From Nitrospirales bacterium (GTDB taxonomy: Bacteria > Nitrospirota > Nitrospiria > Nitrospirales > UBA8639), in the NCBI GenBank assembly GCA_965203295.1, contig CBDBCZ010000019.1:1376001-1440000 (forward strand): a DNA stretch of 64,000 bases, in the 5' to 3' direction. The notes below the pieces were generated by a model, which was given only the letters and a program-made list of their open reading frames with translations, did not search any database and was not told the origin of the DNA. Positions 1-11,086 of this stretch are shown here, piece after piece. The number at the start of each line of letters is the position of its first letter. The first letter of the stretch is position 1. The position numbers and the translations under genes were made by a program.

Positions 1-279
1 ATTTTGAGTGGCAATTCCAGCATGGTCTGTCCCCGGGAGCCAGAGCGTATTAAGGCCTTGCATGCGTCGCCAGCGGACAAGAATATCTTGCAAGGTATTG
101 TTCAGGGCATGACCGATATGAAGGGATCCTGTGACGTTAGGTGGTGGAATGACAATGGTATAAGCCGTCCCTGGGGTATCAGCGCGAGGAGAAAAATACC
201 CTTGCTCGATCCAAAATTTGGACCATCGAGCTTCAACCTGATGGGGGCTATAAACTTTGTCCAATTGGAGGTTAGACAT
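1..279 (-). CDS. valS: Valine--tRNA ligase, N-terminal part (runs off window start)
   Basis: Manual translation from ATG 279: [12 protein letters not shown]...[16 protein letters not shown]...[14 protein letters not shown]; class I HIGH motif and ValRS signature. Confidence 0.95.
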   Translation of the reverse strand, partial: MSNLQLDKVYSPHQVEARWSKFWIEQGYFSPRADTPGTAYTIVIPPPNVTGSLHIGHALNNTLQDILVRWRRMQGLNTLWLPGTDHAGIATQN

Positions 280-471
280 AAGGGAATAGATGCAAGGTAA
301 GGAAGTGGATCATAGCATGCAGGGTACCCCCTCGCAACTTCTGATCGCCTTGTGCTTCAAAGGAAAGATGTGTTACAAAGCGCCTACGCAATCAGGAAAA
401 TGTGGATGAAGGTGTCAAATTTGATTCGTCAATTCATCATCAATATTCAGTAATTTTTTAGAGGGAACTAC

Positions 472-582
472 ATGCCAAAAGGACGAGAGAAGGATCGAGA
501 GCTTCGCCGAAAACACCGAAAAAATCATAAACGACTGAAAGAGTTAGAACGTGCGAGACGACGTTCAGGTGCTAAAAAGTAA
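472..582 (+). CDS. Small, highly basic 36-aa protein
   Basis: MPKGREKDRELRRKHRKNHKRLKELERARRRSGAKK*; GAGGG RBS-like element at 461-465; below ORF-track cutoff. Confidence 0.7.
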   Translation: MPKGREKDRELRRKHRKNHKRLKELERARRRSGAKK

Positions 583-714
583 AAGTCTCATCTTCTCCTG
601 AATTACACCCTCCTTCCTGCAAATTCTTTCCCTTCCTGTTGTCTGTATATCTCGTGGTGGAGACGAATAGAAAGACAAGCATGTGAAGTTTCTCGGTAGA
701 AATGTGATCAGTAC

Positions 715-1488
715 ATGTTTTGTTCAACTAGACCAGTCACCCAAAAATCAAAAGATTCTTCCAAAGTGAATTCCTCGAAACGAGTGATATTTTTTGATGC
801 TGCGGGAACGCTTTTTCATGTGAAAGGCTCCGTTGGAGAGGTCTATCTTCACTATGCTCGAAAATACGGTTATCCATTCACACTTGAACGGCTGTTAGAA
901 GTTAATGCGGCGTTCAAAGAGGCACTTGTGGAAGCCCCACCACCAATATTCGCCGTTGACCAACCAGAAAAATTGAAGCGATGCGAGCGGCTTTGGTGGT
1001 TTGATATCGTTCATGCCGTGTTTTACCGTGTCGGTATGTTCGAAAAGTTTGATGACTATTTTGATGAAGTGTTTGAAGCTTTTGGCCGAGGAGAGCTATG
1101 GGAAGTATTCCCAGACACTCTAGGGGTTCTTGAGCAACTTAAACATGATGGGTTTGAACTTGGCGTGATTTCTAATTTTGATACGCGGTTTTTTGGGATT
1201 CTTCGTGAGTTGGGGTTGATGTCATACTTTGACTCCATCACGATCTCCAGCTTAGCAGGATCGACCAAACCTTCTCCAAAGATTTTTCAGTATGCCCTTG
1301 ATCAACATGCCCTTGATCCCGAAGAGGCGGTTCATGTTGGTGATAGTCGAACGGAAGATCTGGAAGGAGCTCAGATGTCCAAGATAACAGGAGTATTGCT
1401 TGATCGTGGCAAAAGGCAGCAAGGATCCAAGGAAAACTGGATGATTAGCTCATTGCATGAGCTTCAAGGAGTATTGTCGAAACTTTAA
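715..1488 (+). CDS. HAD-superfamily hydrolase (HAD-IA, REG-2/HDHD3-like)
   Basis: FFDAAGTL, ISNFD, KPSPKIF and HVGDSRTEDLEGA motifs; true start may be GTG 766. Confidence 0.85.
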   Translation: MFCSTRPVTQKSKDSSKVNSSKRVIFFDAAGTLFHVKGSVGEVYLHYARKYGYPFTLERLLEVNAAFKEALVEAPPPIFAVDQPEKLKRCERLWWFDIVHAVFYRVGMFEKFDDYFDEVFEAFGRGELWEVFPDTLGVLEQLKHDGFELGVISNFDTRFFGILRELGLMSYFDSITISSLAGSTKPSPKIFQYALDQHALDPEEAVHVGDSRTEDLEGAQMSKITGVLLDRGKRQQGSKENWMISSLHELQGVLSKL

Positions 1489-1639
1489 GAACGAAATTTT
1501 GGTTAACGAATCCTAATGAGAAAGATAAGCCGAAGGACATGAAAGCACCTCTGTCTCCAATTCCAAAATGATGCGTCATCATTCGAAGAGAGAGCTCAAG
1601 AACTTCACCGAACTTCTTTGCCTCCGTGAAGGCCTCACC

Positions 1640-1669
1640 TTGACTTCTTTTTTGAGCGCTTGTTATTCT
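1640..1669 (+). promoter_or_regulatory. Putative sigma70 promoter for the NHL-repeat gene
   Basis: TTGACT-18 nt-TATTCT with TG extended -10. Confidence 0.45.
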
Positions 1670-1792
1670 TCTTTTTCTAAGTATCCGATTTTATTTGAAA
1701 AATTTTGAATATGACACATCGTTTTCTTATCTGTTTGCAAGCGGGAACATTTAGCGATTACGTGATTTAGTGGATTTTTTAAGGAGTAATGT

Positions 1793-4756
1793 ATGAGGTT
1801 CTGGGACTTGATGAATTCTTTTGAATTTTATCGACGAAATCTGCTTTCTGTTTCCAGTACAGAAGAAGACTGGGGTGCTGGTGAACTATCTGGGGAGGAG
1901 GAAACCCTTCCGCCTGCCCCAACTGGGCTCAAAGCTGTGCCGGGGAATGGCTTCATTACACTCAGTTGGGAACCTGTTCCCGATGCGATGTATTACAACC
2001 TGTATTATCAGTCAACCAAGGGTGTCATGATAAAGCCCTGTGAGTTGGCCCGTCCCATCGCAAGCCAAGAAGACTTCAATCCTGTGATTGGGGTAACTAA
2101 GGAAAAGGGCAGTTGCATTGAAGGTCCCTCAAGTCCCTATGTCCATAATGACTTAGCCAATGGGTCATGCTACCACTATGTTGTCACGGTTGTCACGAAA
2201 GACGGGGAAAGTCCTGAATCGGAAGAGGCGATGTCCATCCCATCCCCGTATCTCCCAGTTATGCAATTCGGGGAAGAGGGGATTGATGATGGGGAATTTA
2301 AGTCGCCCACGGGGATTGCGCTGGATAGTGAAGGCAATATTTATGTCGCCGATACGGACAATCATTCAATACAAAAGTTCGACAAAGACGGAAAATTTAT
2401 TGGGCGATGGGGTGGAGATCCAGATTCAGAAGAGGGCTTTTTTTATTATCCTCGCGGATTGGCGACTTCTCCGGACGGGTTTGTGCTTGTTGCTGATAGT
2501 GGGAACAATCGCGTCCAAAAGTTTGATCCTGATGGAAATTTTGTTCACGCGTGGGGCAAATTCGGCTTTGCCTGGCGTGGCGCCGAAGCTGGAAAGTTCG
2601 ATGTACCATGGGGTGTGACAACGGATAGTCAGGGGAATTTGTATATCTCTGATACAAGCAACGCGAGAGTACAGAAATTCCAACCTGATGGAACCCCCCT
2701 TATTAAATGGGGCAGAGATGGGAGTTTTGACGGGGCGTTCTTTTACCCGAGGGGTCTTGCGGTCGATTTTACGGGAAATATATATGTGGCGGATGAAGGG
2801 AATCATCGGATTCAAAAATTTGATCCTCGCGGCAATTTTTTGACCAAGTGGGGGAGAGAAGGCAATGCTCCTGGTCAGTTTAAATCTCCGTGGGGAGTGG
2901 CCTGTGATGCCTTAGGGAATGTGTTTGTGGTGGATAGTGGAAACCACCGTATTCAAAAGTTTGATGGGAATGGCACATACCTCTGTTCTTGTGGAAATCG
3001 TGGAGTGACTGAAGCTCAGGTGAATTATCCCACTGGAATTGTTGTTGATAAAGAAGGATATGTGTATATCGTCGATAGTGGCAATAATCGCATTGTCAAA
3101 TTTGCTCCAACTGAAGAAGAGTTAAATCGCGGGCGAGAGCAAGCGGAAAAGACCAAAGTCATGGAAAAAGCAGAAGGCCTTCTTCTCACGAATCTGGCTG
3201 TTAAACCTGGAGACTCTGAAGCCATTCTCAGTTGGTTAGACGTGCCAGGGGCCTTTGCCTATAACTTGTATTTCGGGACCGATCCTGGGTTAACCGTTCA
3301 AACTTCCACAAAAATTGAAGGTATCACCAGTCCTTATGCCCATACGGGCCTCACCAATAATGCGTCATATTATTATGCTCTAACCTGTGTTGATGAAAAT
3401 GAAGTTGAAGGCCCTCTGTCTGAGGAACAAACTGTGGTCCCGGTTTTAATTGATTTAGCGGCTCCACAAAATCCAGATCTCGTGTTAAATCACGGGGCTT
3501 ATATGACCAACTCTCTGGATGTCGTAGCGACGATTTCGGCTAAAGATATGGATACTGGGGTAACCGGGTATTTTATCTCCGAAAATCCTCTGACTCCCAG
3601 TGTGACTCTTCCGGGCTGGATTGACGTGGAACCTGAGCATCGGTTCGGCGCCACAATTCCCTTCACATTGTCTCCTGGTGATGGAACGAAAACGGTCTAT
3701 ATCTGGTTTAAAGACGCTGGAAATAATATTTCTGTGCCTGCTAGTGACTCCCTTCTTCTTAATACCTCAGGATATGTATGTACGGGAAAATGGGGACAGG
3801 CCGGAAGGGGAGCGTCTTTCCTTCATGGGGGCGAGTTCATGAGTCCCTTATATGGATTGACCATTGATCGACAAGGTTCGATTTTCGTGGTTGACAATGG
3901 AAATAACCGTATTCAAAAGTTTGAGCGCAATGGAAATTTTATTTTGTTGTGGGGAAATTTCGGGATTTCCAATAGCAATTTCAATAATCCCACTGGCCTA
4001 GCCTGTGACGCCAAAGGGGATATCTATGTTGCGGATACCAATAATCATCGGGTTCAGAAATTTGATGGAAAACTTGGACACTACCTTATGAAGTTTGGTG
4101 GAAGAGGCAATGGGGAAGGCCAGTTTAATGCACCCTGGGGGATAACGGTGGACCGTGTCCGAGGTTATATTTATGTAGTCGATAGTGCCAATTTCCGTAT
4201 CCAAAAGTTCGATCAGCATGGTGAATTCATCATGCAATGGGGAAGTTTTGGAAACAATGATGGACAGTTTTATTTTGCTCGAGGGATTGCCGTGGATGAG
4301 GCTGATGGAATGGTCTATGTGGTTGATATGGGTAACCACCGCGTTCAAAAATTTGATACGAGTACGAATGTGCTTCCTCAATTAGTCGGAAAGTGGGGTG
4401 GAGAAATCGGCGCTGGCCATGCCAGTAGCGCGTTAGCTCAGGAGCCCGGACAGTTCCGATCACCATGGGGTGTTGCTGTTGATGAAAACGGCGATGTGTT
4501 TGTGACGGACACGGGGAATCAACGGATCCAAAAGTTTGATCGTGAAGGGAACTTTATTACCCAATGGGGTGGTTTTGGAAATGGAGAAGGACAATTTAAC
4601 TTCCCCTATGGGATTGCGGTAGATACAAGGGGAACAGTCTTTGCTGTCGATAGCGGAAACATGCGGATTCAGCAATTTACTCCAGCTGAGGAAGCTGAAG
4701 ACCATCTCAAAGAGGAAGCTGATGCTCTTGCCCTTCCAGAGGGTGTGGATCAATAG
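1793..4756 (+). CDS. NHL-repeat beta-propeller protein with fibronectin type III and Ig-like domains
   Basis: Two clusters of about six NHL repeats (GxFxxPxGxAxDxxGNxYVxDxGNxRxQKF), each preceded by an FN3-like segment; AAGGAG RBS. Confidence 0.9.
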   Translation: MRFWDLMNSFEFYRRNLLSVSSTEEDWGAGELSGEEETLPPAPTGLKAVPGNGFITLSWEPVPDAMYYNLYYQSTKGVMIKPCELARPIASQEDFNPVIGVTKEKGSCIEGPSSPYVHNDLANGSCYHYVVTVVTKDGESPESEEAMSIPSPYLPVMQFGEEGIDDGEFKSPTGIALDSEGNIYVADTDNHSIQKFDKDGKFIGRWGGDPDSEEGFFYYPRGLATSPDGFVLVADSGNNRVQKFDPDGNFVHAWGKFGFAWRGAEAGKFDVPWGVTTDSQGNLYISDTSNARVQKFQPDGTPLIKWGRDGSFDGAFFYPRGLAVDFTGNIYVADEGNHRIQKFDPRGNFLTKWGREGNAPGQFKSPWGVACDALGNVFVVDSGNHRIQKFDGNGTYLCSCGNRGVTEAQVNYPTGIVVDKEGYVYIVDSGNNRIVKFAPTEEELNRGREQAEKTKVMEKAEGLLLTNLAVKPGDSEAILSWLDVPGAFAYNLYFGTDPGLTVQTSTKIEGITSPYAHTGLTNNASYYYALTCVDENEVEGPLSEEQTVVPVLIDLAAPQNPDLVLNHGAYMTNSLDVVATISAKDMDTGVTGYFISENPLTPSVTLPGWIDVEPEHRFGATIPFTLSPGDGTKTVYIWFKDAGNNISVPASDSLLLNTSGYVCTGKWGQAGRGASFLHGGEFMSPLYGLTIDRQGSIFVVDNGNNRIQKFERNGNFILLWGNFGISNSNFNNPTGLACDAKGDIYVADTNNHRVQKFDGKLGHYLMKFGGRGNGEGQFNAPWGITVDRVRGYIYVVDSANFRIQKFDQHGEFIMQWGSFGNNDGQFYFARGIAVDEADGMVYVVDMGNHRVQKFDTSTNVLPQLVGKWGGEIGAGHASSALAQEPGQFRSPWGVAVDENGDVFVTDTGNQRIQKFDREGNFITQWGGFGNGEGQFNFPYGIAVDTRGTVFAVDSGNMRIQQFTPAEEAEDHLKEEADALALPEGVDQ

Positions 4757-5110
4757 GCTTTGCTGCCAGAAAGCTTGAAGGCTCTTTTCAGACCTGAAAG
4801 ATTCAACCCCTTCTCTGTATTGATCGTCTGATGAAATCCTAGCCTTTTCTTGCGAACGATGGATTTCCAGAATTTTCATTTGAGTTGAAAACTTTCCGAG
4901 AACGCTGAACGACGAGCTTTTCTTGGCCACCAGCCAATGGTTGACAGTCAATCAACGCTGCCGATTTTTTTCTCAATATTGCTAATCTGAAGAATCTCCT
5001 GGATGCATAGTCAGTATCCCTATTTTTCTTTTCTCCTTTTTTCTGTTCCCCATTTGCGGGAAAAAGGGCCGTGGCGTTTAGGTCTCGCATAGAGCTAGCA
5101 AGAGTCCACC

Positions 5111-6574
5111 ATGTTTGAATCCATGAGAATTGGTCTTACGTTTGATGATGTCGTGTTAGTTCCGGCCAAGTCTGAAGTGCTTCCGGCTGAAGTAGACACC
5201 CAAACCTTTTTGACCAAGAACATTAAATTAAACATTCCTTTGCTCAGTGCTGCGATGGATACGGTGACTGAGGGTCGATTAGCCATTGCTCTGGCACGTG
5301 AAGGAGGCCTTGGGATTATTCATCGCGCTATTTCACCAGAAGCTCAGGCGATAGAGGTCGATAAAGTGAAGAAATCCGAGAGCGGAATGATCTTGGATCC
5401 TATCACCATTTCACCCCACCAGACCATTCGTGAAGCATTACAGATTATGGCGTCCTACCGTATTTCCGGCATACCTGTGACAAATGGGAAAAAACTCGTG
5501 GGCATTCTGACTAACCGTGACCTTCGATTTGAAAGCCGGATGGATCTCAAAGTGTCACAGGTGATGACCGGTGGGAAGTTAGTGACCGTGCCTGAAGGGA
5601 CAAATTTGGCAAAAGCCAGAGAAATTCTCCACGAGCATCGTATCGAGAAATTGCCGGTTGTGAACGAGGAATTAGAACTTAAGGGACTCATCACGATCAA
5701 AGACATCCAAAAACAGATCAAATATCCTTTTGCGTGTAAGGATGAACATGGGCGGCTCAGAGTTGGAGCGGCTGTTGGCGTGGCGAATGACCTTGAAGAG
5801 CAGATGGACCGGCTCGTGAATGCTGGAGTCGATGTGATGGTGGTTGATACCGCTCATGGGCATTCTCAAGCTGTTGTTGATGCGGTGAAGACCATTAAAC
5901 GACAGCATCCGTCATTGGACGTGATTGCAGGAAATATCGCCACTGCCGAAGCAGCCAAAGACTTGATGGATAGTGGGGTCGATGCTGTGAAAGTGGGTGT
6001 GGGCCCTGGTTCGATTTGTACGACACGCGTTGTTTCTGGGACAGGAGTTCCTCAGTTGACGGCCATTGCCGATTGCGCCGGAATATTGAAAGACACCGGT
6101 ATCCCAATTATTGCTGATGGAGGGATCAAGTATTCTGGGGATATTAGTAAAGCATTAGCGATTGGAGCTTCGGCAGTCATGATTGGGTCCCTTTTTGCTG
6201 GATCGGAAGAGTCTCCTGGAGAAACGGTGTTGTATCAGGGGCGAACCTATAAAGAGTACCGGGGTATGGGTTCCATAGGAGCCTTGGAACGTGGCGGGAA
6301 GGACCGTTATAAGCAAGCTGGGCGGGCAACCAACAAGCTCGTGCCAGAAGGGATTGAAGCTCGAGTTCCCTTTAAGGGTTCATTGTCTGGATTGGTGTAT
6401 CAACTGATAGGTGGCTTAAAAGCCGGAATGGGGTATTGTGGGTGCCGTTCAATACCCGATTTGCAAAAGCATGCGAAATTTATTCGGTTGACCCAGGCTG
6501 GTCTTCGTGAGAGTCATGTTCACGATGTTGTGATCACTAAGGAGGCTCCCAACTACGGGACTGATGTCGAGTAA
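5111..6574 (+). CDS. guaB: IMP dehydrogenase
   Basis: LTFDDV, CBS pair, [11 protein letters not shown] catalytic loop. Confidence 0.98.
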   Translation: MFESMRIGLTFDDVVLVPAKSEVLPAEVDTQTFLTKNIKLNIPLLSAAMDTVTEGRLAIALAREGGLGIIHRAISPEAQAIEVDKVKKSESGMILDPITISPHQTIREALQIMASYRISGIPVTNGKKLVGILTNRDLRFESRMDLKVSQVMTGGKLVTVPEGTNLAKAREILHEHRIEKLPVVNEELELKGLITIKDIQKQIKYPFACKDEHGRLRVGAAVGVANDLEEQMDRLVNAGVDVMVVDTAHGHSQAVVDAVKTIKRQHPSLDVIAGNIATAEAAKDLMDSGVDAVKVGVGPGSICTTRVVSGTGVPQLTAIADCAGILKDTGIPIIADGGIKYSGDISKALAIGASAVMIGSLFAGSEESPGETVLYQGRTYKEYRGMGSIGALERGGKDRYKQAGRATNKLVPEGIEARVPFKGSLSGLVYQLIGGLKAGMGYCGCRSIPDLQKHAKFIRLTQAGLRESHVHDVVITKEAPNYGTDVE

Positions 6575-6628
6575 TCATCGGTTCCTTTCGAACAGGACGT
6601 CAAGTGAATTGTGAAAGTCCAGCCAAAG

Positions 6629-8185
6629 ATGGAGTTCTGTCACGATAGTATCGTTATCCTCGATTTTGGATCTCAATATACACAGCTCATTGCCCGCCGT
6701 ATTCGTGAAACACAAGTCTATTCTGTAATCCTCCCAGCCTCCACGTCCTTCGCACGTATTCGCCAACATCATCCCAAAGGCCTCATCCTTTCCGGAGGGC
6801 CAGCCAGCGTCACGGATGCGATCAACCCTGAATGGTCCGCTGCCCTTTTTACTGAAGGTATACCGATCTTGGGGATTTGTTACGGAATGCAGCTTGTGGC
6901 GCATACGTTGGGTGGCGAAGTGGGCAAAGCCCAAAGGCGGGAATTTGGACGTGCAGAACTTCAAGTCAACGATGCAACGGATCTCTTTAAGGGTCTGAAC
7001 GTGAATCAAACCTTCCCAGTATGGATGTCCCATAGTGATCGGATTGAAGCGATGCCCTCAGGTTTTTCCGTGATGGCTGAAACTCCCAATTCGCCCATTG
7101 CCGCGATGAAATCCGTCAAGTCGGGACGACAAGTCTTTTGCCTCCAGTTTCATCCAGAAGTTGCGCATACGTCACATGGCACAACGATTCTTCGCAATTT
7201 TGTCCATGAAATTTGTCGATGTCGACCAACATGGACAATGGGATCTTTTGTCAAACACACAGTCGATGAAATCCGAAATCAAGTAGGGGATCAACACGTC
7301 ATTTGTGCGCTGAGTGGAGGAGTCGACTCGTCGGTTGCCGCCGCTCTGACATACGAGGCGATTGGGAGTCAGTTGACTTGTCTCTTTATTGACAATGGAT
7401 TACTTCGAAAAGACGAGGCTGTTACACTCGAAAAGATGTTTTCCCTGTATCATGATTTTCATTTTCGCATTCTTGATCATGCTGAAGAGTTTCTACAGGG
7501 GTTAGCTCGTGTGACGGACCCTGAGAAAAAGCGAAAAATCATTGGCAGGCAATTTATCAAGGTCTTTGAATCAGAAGCCCAGAAGATCGGTAAAGTGGAT
7601 TATCTCGTCCAGGGGACCCTCTATCCTGATGTCATTGAAAGTGTGAGTTCTAAAGGACCTTCGGCCACTATTAAAACACATCACAATGTCGGGGGACTCC
7701 CTAAAAAAATGAAATTGAAACTAATTGAGCCACTTCGAGAATTATTCAAAGATGAAGTTCGAAAAGTAGGAAAGGAATTGGGATTGCCCGCTGAGATGAT
7801 CCGCCGACATCCCTTTCCTGGTCCGGGATTAGCTATTCGGATTTTAGGGAGCGTGACTCGTGAACGCTTGGCCATCCTACGCGAGGCTGACGCGATTGTT
7901 GTTGAGGAGATTAGAGCTTTTGGCCTCTATGACGATATTTGGCAAGCGTTCGCAGTCCTTCTGCCGATTCGAACCGTTGGAGTGATGGGGGACAAACGGA
8001 CGTATGAAAATGTGATCGCCTTTCGGGTGGTGACCAGCGTAGATGGGATGACGGCTGATTGGGCCAAGTTACCCACAGAACTTCTTGAACGAATTTCCAA
8101 CCGCATTATCAATGAGGTTCAGGGAGTCAACCGGGTGGTGTATGACGTGAGCTCAAAACCACCAGGCACGATTGAATGGGAATGA
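6629..8185 (+). CDS. guaA: GMP synthase (glutamine-hydrolysing)
   Basis: [36 protein letters not shown]. Confidence 0.98.
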   Translation: MEFCHDSIVILDFGSQYTQLIARRIRETQVYSVILPASTSFARIRQHHPKGLILSGGPASVTDAINPEWSAALFTEGIPILGICYGMQLVAHTLGGEVGKAQRREFGRAELQVNDATDLFKGLNVNQTFPVWMSHSDRIEAMPSGFSVMAETPNSPIAAMKSVKSGRQVFCLQFHPEVAHTSHGTTILRNFVHEICRCRPTWTMGSFVKHTVDEIRNQVGDQHVICALSGGVDSSVAAALTYEAIGSQLTCLFIDNGLLRKDEAVTLEKMFSLYHDFHFRILDHAEEFLQGLARVTDPEKKRKIIGRQFIKVFESEAQKIGKVDYLVQGTLYPDVIESVSSKGPSATIKTHHNVGGLPKKMKLKLIEPLRELFKDEVRKVGKELGLPAEMIRRHPFPGPGLAIRILGSVTRERLAILREADAIVVEEIRAFGLYDDIWQAFAVLLPIRTVGVMGDKRTYENVIAFRVVTSVDGMTADWAKLPTELLERISNRIINEVQGVNRVVYDVSSKPPGTIEWE

Positions 8186-8199
8186 ATTAAGGTCATCCG

Positions 8200-9159
8200 A
8201 TGGAGATACGGCTTCAAAAACTCATTGCCGCGAGTGGACTGGCATCCAGACGTAAGGCCGAAGAGCTCATTCGTGAAGGCCATGTGAGGGTGAATGGGCA
8301 AGTGGTTCGGGAAATAGGGACACGTGCGAATCCAGACAAAGATCATGTCAAGGTCAATGGACGACGAATAAAAGTTAATATTCCCGAGGTGTTTGTCATT
8401 TTGAATAAACCGCCTGGGTATGTCACAAGCACTCATGACCCTTTGGAACGGCCTACGGTCTATGATCTGTTGGGCCGAGTGAAAGTTCGAGTATTTCCCG
8501 TGGGACGCTTAGATTTTGATAGTGAGGGTCTGTTGTTGTTGACGAATAATGGTCGGGTGGCCCAAGCCTGTCTTCATCCCAAATTTCATGTGACCAAAAC
8601 CTATCTTGTCAAAGTTTCCGGGGTGTTACTGGATGAAGAAATCAAGAGGTTAGAAAAAGGTGTGGTGTTGGATGATGGGCCGACTGGTCCTACGATCATA
8701 AAAAAATCTGGAAAGGCCAAAGTGAACTCATGGATTGAAATGACGATTCATGAGGGACGGACCAGGCAGATAAAACGCATGATCGAAGCTGTTGGGCATC
8801 GTGTGGCACGCCTTAGGCGCATGCGATTTGGGCCATTACATCTTGGAGACCTCTCTTTGGGATCTTTCCGATATGCCACAGACTCTGAAGCCAATGCACT
8901 GAGACAGGTTCTTGAACGTCGTCCTCGAACGGTTTCACGGAAGGCGGAACAAACGTTTCAGGTGAAAGAAAAACGACATCTACCTGAACGTAAGACAGGA
9001 TACACTCCTCCGGCCAATTTGAAACCAAGAGCCTCAAAAAGTAGGAGCCCCAAAACCGAAAGCCCAAAAACTGGGCACATGCGTGGGACAAGACCCTCGC
9101 CTCAATCGAAACGCGGACCACATGGCACTTCAAAGGGGTCCCGTCCATCTTATTCCTAA
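8200..9159 (+). CDS. rluB: rRNA pseudouridine synthase (RsuA/RluB family) with basic C-terminal tail
   Basis: S4 domain RLQKLIAASGLASRRKAE, VGRLDFDSEGLLLLTN. Confidence 0.9.
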   Translation: MEIRLQKLIAASGLASRRKAEELIREGHVRVNGQVVREIGTRANPDKDHVKVNGRRIKVNIPEVFVILNKPPGYVTSTHDPLERPTVYDLLGRVKVRVFPVGRLDFDSEGLLLLTNNGRVAQACLHPKFHVTKTYLVKVSGVLLDEEIKRLEKGVVLDDGPTGPTIIKKSGKAKVNSWIEMTIHEGRTRQIKRMIEAVGHRVARLRRMRFGPLHLGDLSLGSFRYATDSEANALRQVLERRPRTVSRKAEQTFQVKEKRHLPERKTGYTPPANLKPRASKSRSPKTESPKTGHMRGTRPSPQSKRGPHGTSKGSRPSYS

Positions 9160-9272
9160 GAGTTCTGTCAAGGAAACGCGCATGTTGCAGGACCTCATAT
9201 GAGAAAAAATGATTCATGAAATCTCACTCAAATAGGGACGGGTTAAAAACGGGAGGGTGTTGAGTTTTGCGT

Positions 9273-11030
9273 ATGAGAACACATCATTGTGGGGAGTTGA
9301 CAAAAACGCATATTGGTCAAACGGTGACCTTGATGGGCTGGGTCCATGGTCGACGAGATCATGGTGGAGTCATCTTTATTGATCTTCGGGATCGTCAAGG
9401 GATTACTCAGATTGTTTTTGATACCGAACGTCAAGAAGCGGTTCACCAACAAGCCCACGTTCTTCGTACTGAGTTTGTTGTTGCTGTTACGGGGGTCGTC
9501 GCATTCCGTCCGGAAGAATCGAAAAATCCAGCGTTGTCGACAGGAGATATCGAGGTGGAGGTTGCTGAGCTAGAAATACTGAATGAATCCAAAACCCCTC
9601 CTTTTGTTATTGAAGACCAGGTTCAAGCTACTGAGACCTTGCGATTGAAATATCGATATTTGGACCTTCGTCGACCTCGGATGCAACAACTCCTCAGACT
9701 GCGTCATCAAGTGGCCTACAATGCACGGCAATTTTTACATGAACAGGGGTTTTTAGAAATCGACACACCGATTTTGACGAAGAGCACTCCAGAAGGAGCT
9801 CGAGATTACTTGATGCCTAGCCGTATGAGCCCAGGAGAATTCTTTGCCCTTCCTCAATCACCACAGCTATTTAAACAAATTCTCATGATCGGCGGAGCAG
9901 ACCGCTACTATCAAATCGCTCGGTGTTTTCGTGACGAAGATCTCCGAATGGATCGACAGCCAGAATTTACACAGATTGATGTAGAAATGTCCTTCAGTAA
10001 TCGAGAGACGATTCTCTCTTTAGTTGAAAGTCTCTTAAAGAAAATCTTTCAGGAGGCTGCTGGCATCACCTTGCCCACTCCGTTTCCGAGGCTCAGTTAC
10101 GACCAAGCCATGAATCAATATGGAACGGATAAGCCAGACCGGCGTTTCGACCTTCGACTTCAGAATCTTTGCGAGTTCGCTCAACATGCGCAATTTAAGG
10201 TCTTTCAGGATGCCGTGACGAAGGGTGGGATCGTGATGGGGCTGGTCGTCAAAGAGGGAGCCAGTATTTCTCGAAGCAAGATTGATGGCCTGATTGAAAT
10301 AGTCAAAGGGTTTGGAGCGAAAGGCTTAGCCTGGGTTAAAATTGTTGCTGAGGGGCGACTCGATTCAGCCATCGCTAAATACCTGGATTCAGAAGCCCTC
10401 AAAAAAGCACTCCCAGAAGCTGGCCCAGGAGATTTAGTTCTTTTTGTGGCCGATCAAGCAAAGATTGCGTATGATGTCTTGGGCCGCCTCCGATTGCATT
10501 TAGGGGAAGAATTACAGCTCATTCATCAAGAGAAATGGGAACCGTTGTGGGTCATTGATTTTCCTCTTCTGGAATATGACTCTGAGACTCAGCGATATGT
10601 CGCCCTCCATCATCCGTTTACAGCTCCCCGTGATGAAGACGTCCAATTCCTACAGCATAATCCCCTTCAGGTGCGGGCCCAAGCCTATGACCTTGTGTTG
10701 AATGGGTTTGAATTGGGTGGAGGAAGTATCAGGATTCATCGTGGAGAGATTCAAAAACAGGTTTTTGAATTGTTAGGGATCAATAAAGAGGCCGCAAAAG
10801 AAAAATTTGGATTTTTACTTGAAGCTTTGGATTACGGAGCGCCGCCTCATGGGGGGATTGCCATAGGACTTGATCGCCTTGTGATGTTACTTGGGGGGAC
10901 CGAGTCTATTCGGGATGTCATTGCCTTCCCCAAGACCCAAAAAGCTCAATGTTTGTTGACAGAAGCTCCTTCCTCAGTGAGTCCAGAACAATTGAAAGAG
11001 CTCAGGATTAAACTTGATCGGGAAGTATGA
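9273..11030 (+). CDS. aspS: Aspartate--tRNA ligase (probably non-discriminating)
   Basis: MRTHHCGEL, RRDHGG, ARCFRDEDLR, PPHGGIAIGLDR; gatCAB present in window. Confidence 0.97.
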   Translation: MRTHHCGELTKTHIGQTVTLMGWVHGRRDHGGVIFIDLRDRQGITQIVFDTERQEAVHQQAHVLRTEFVVAVTGVVAFRPEESKNPALSTGDIEVEVAELEILNESKTPPFVIEDQVQATETLRLKYRYLDLRRPRMQQLLRLRHQVAYNARQFLHEQGFLEIDTPILTKSTPEGARDYLMPSRMSPGEFFALPQSPQLFKQILMIGGADRYYQIARCFRDEDLRMDRQPEFTQIDVEMSFSNRETILSLVESLLKKIFQEAAGITLPTPFPRLSYDQAMNQYGTDKPDRRFDLRLQNLCEFAQHAQFKVFQDAVTKGGIVMGLVVKEGASISRSKIDGLIEIVKGFGAKGLAWVKIVAEGRLDSAIAKYLDSEALKKALPEAGPGDLVLFVADQAKIAYDVLGRLRLHLGEELQLIHQEKWEPLWVIDFPLLEYDSETQRYVALHHPFTAPRDEDVQFLQHNPLQVRAQAYDLVLNGFELGGGSIRIHRGEIQKQVFELLGINKEAAKEKFGFLLEALDYGAPPHGGIAIGLDRLVMLLGGTESIRDVIAFPKTQKAQCLLTEAPSSVSPEQLKELRIKLDREV

Positions 11031-11086
11031 CAGGCAGTTGAAGACGTTCACCGTTTTGGGAAAATCTGCTGACTGTGCTAGAGGAA

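Noticed and set aside
4..300. 98-aa plus-strand ORF and the many other short overlapping ORFs in the track
   Set aside because: Antisense or alternate-frame shadows of well-supported genes (here valS)
2250..4690. Recurring DNA motifs (for example CAAAAGTTTGA) as a CRISPR-like array
   Set aside because: They are degenerate codons of NHL protein repeats within one ORF; no identical repeats with unique spacers and no cas genes
4839..5090. 83-aa minus-strand ORF between the NHL gene and guaB
   Set aside because: No recognisable motif or RBS; probably intergenic
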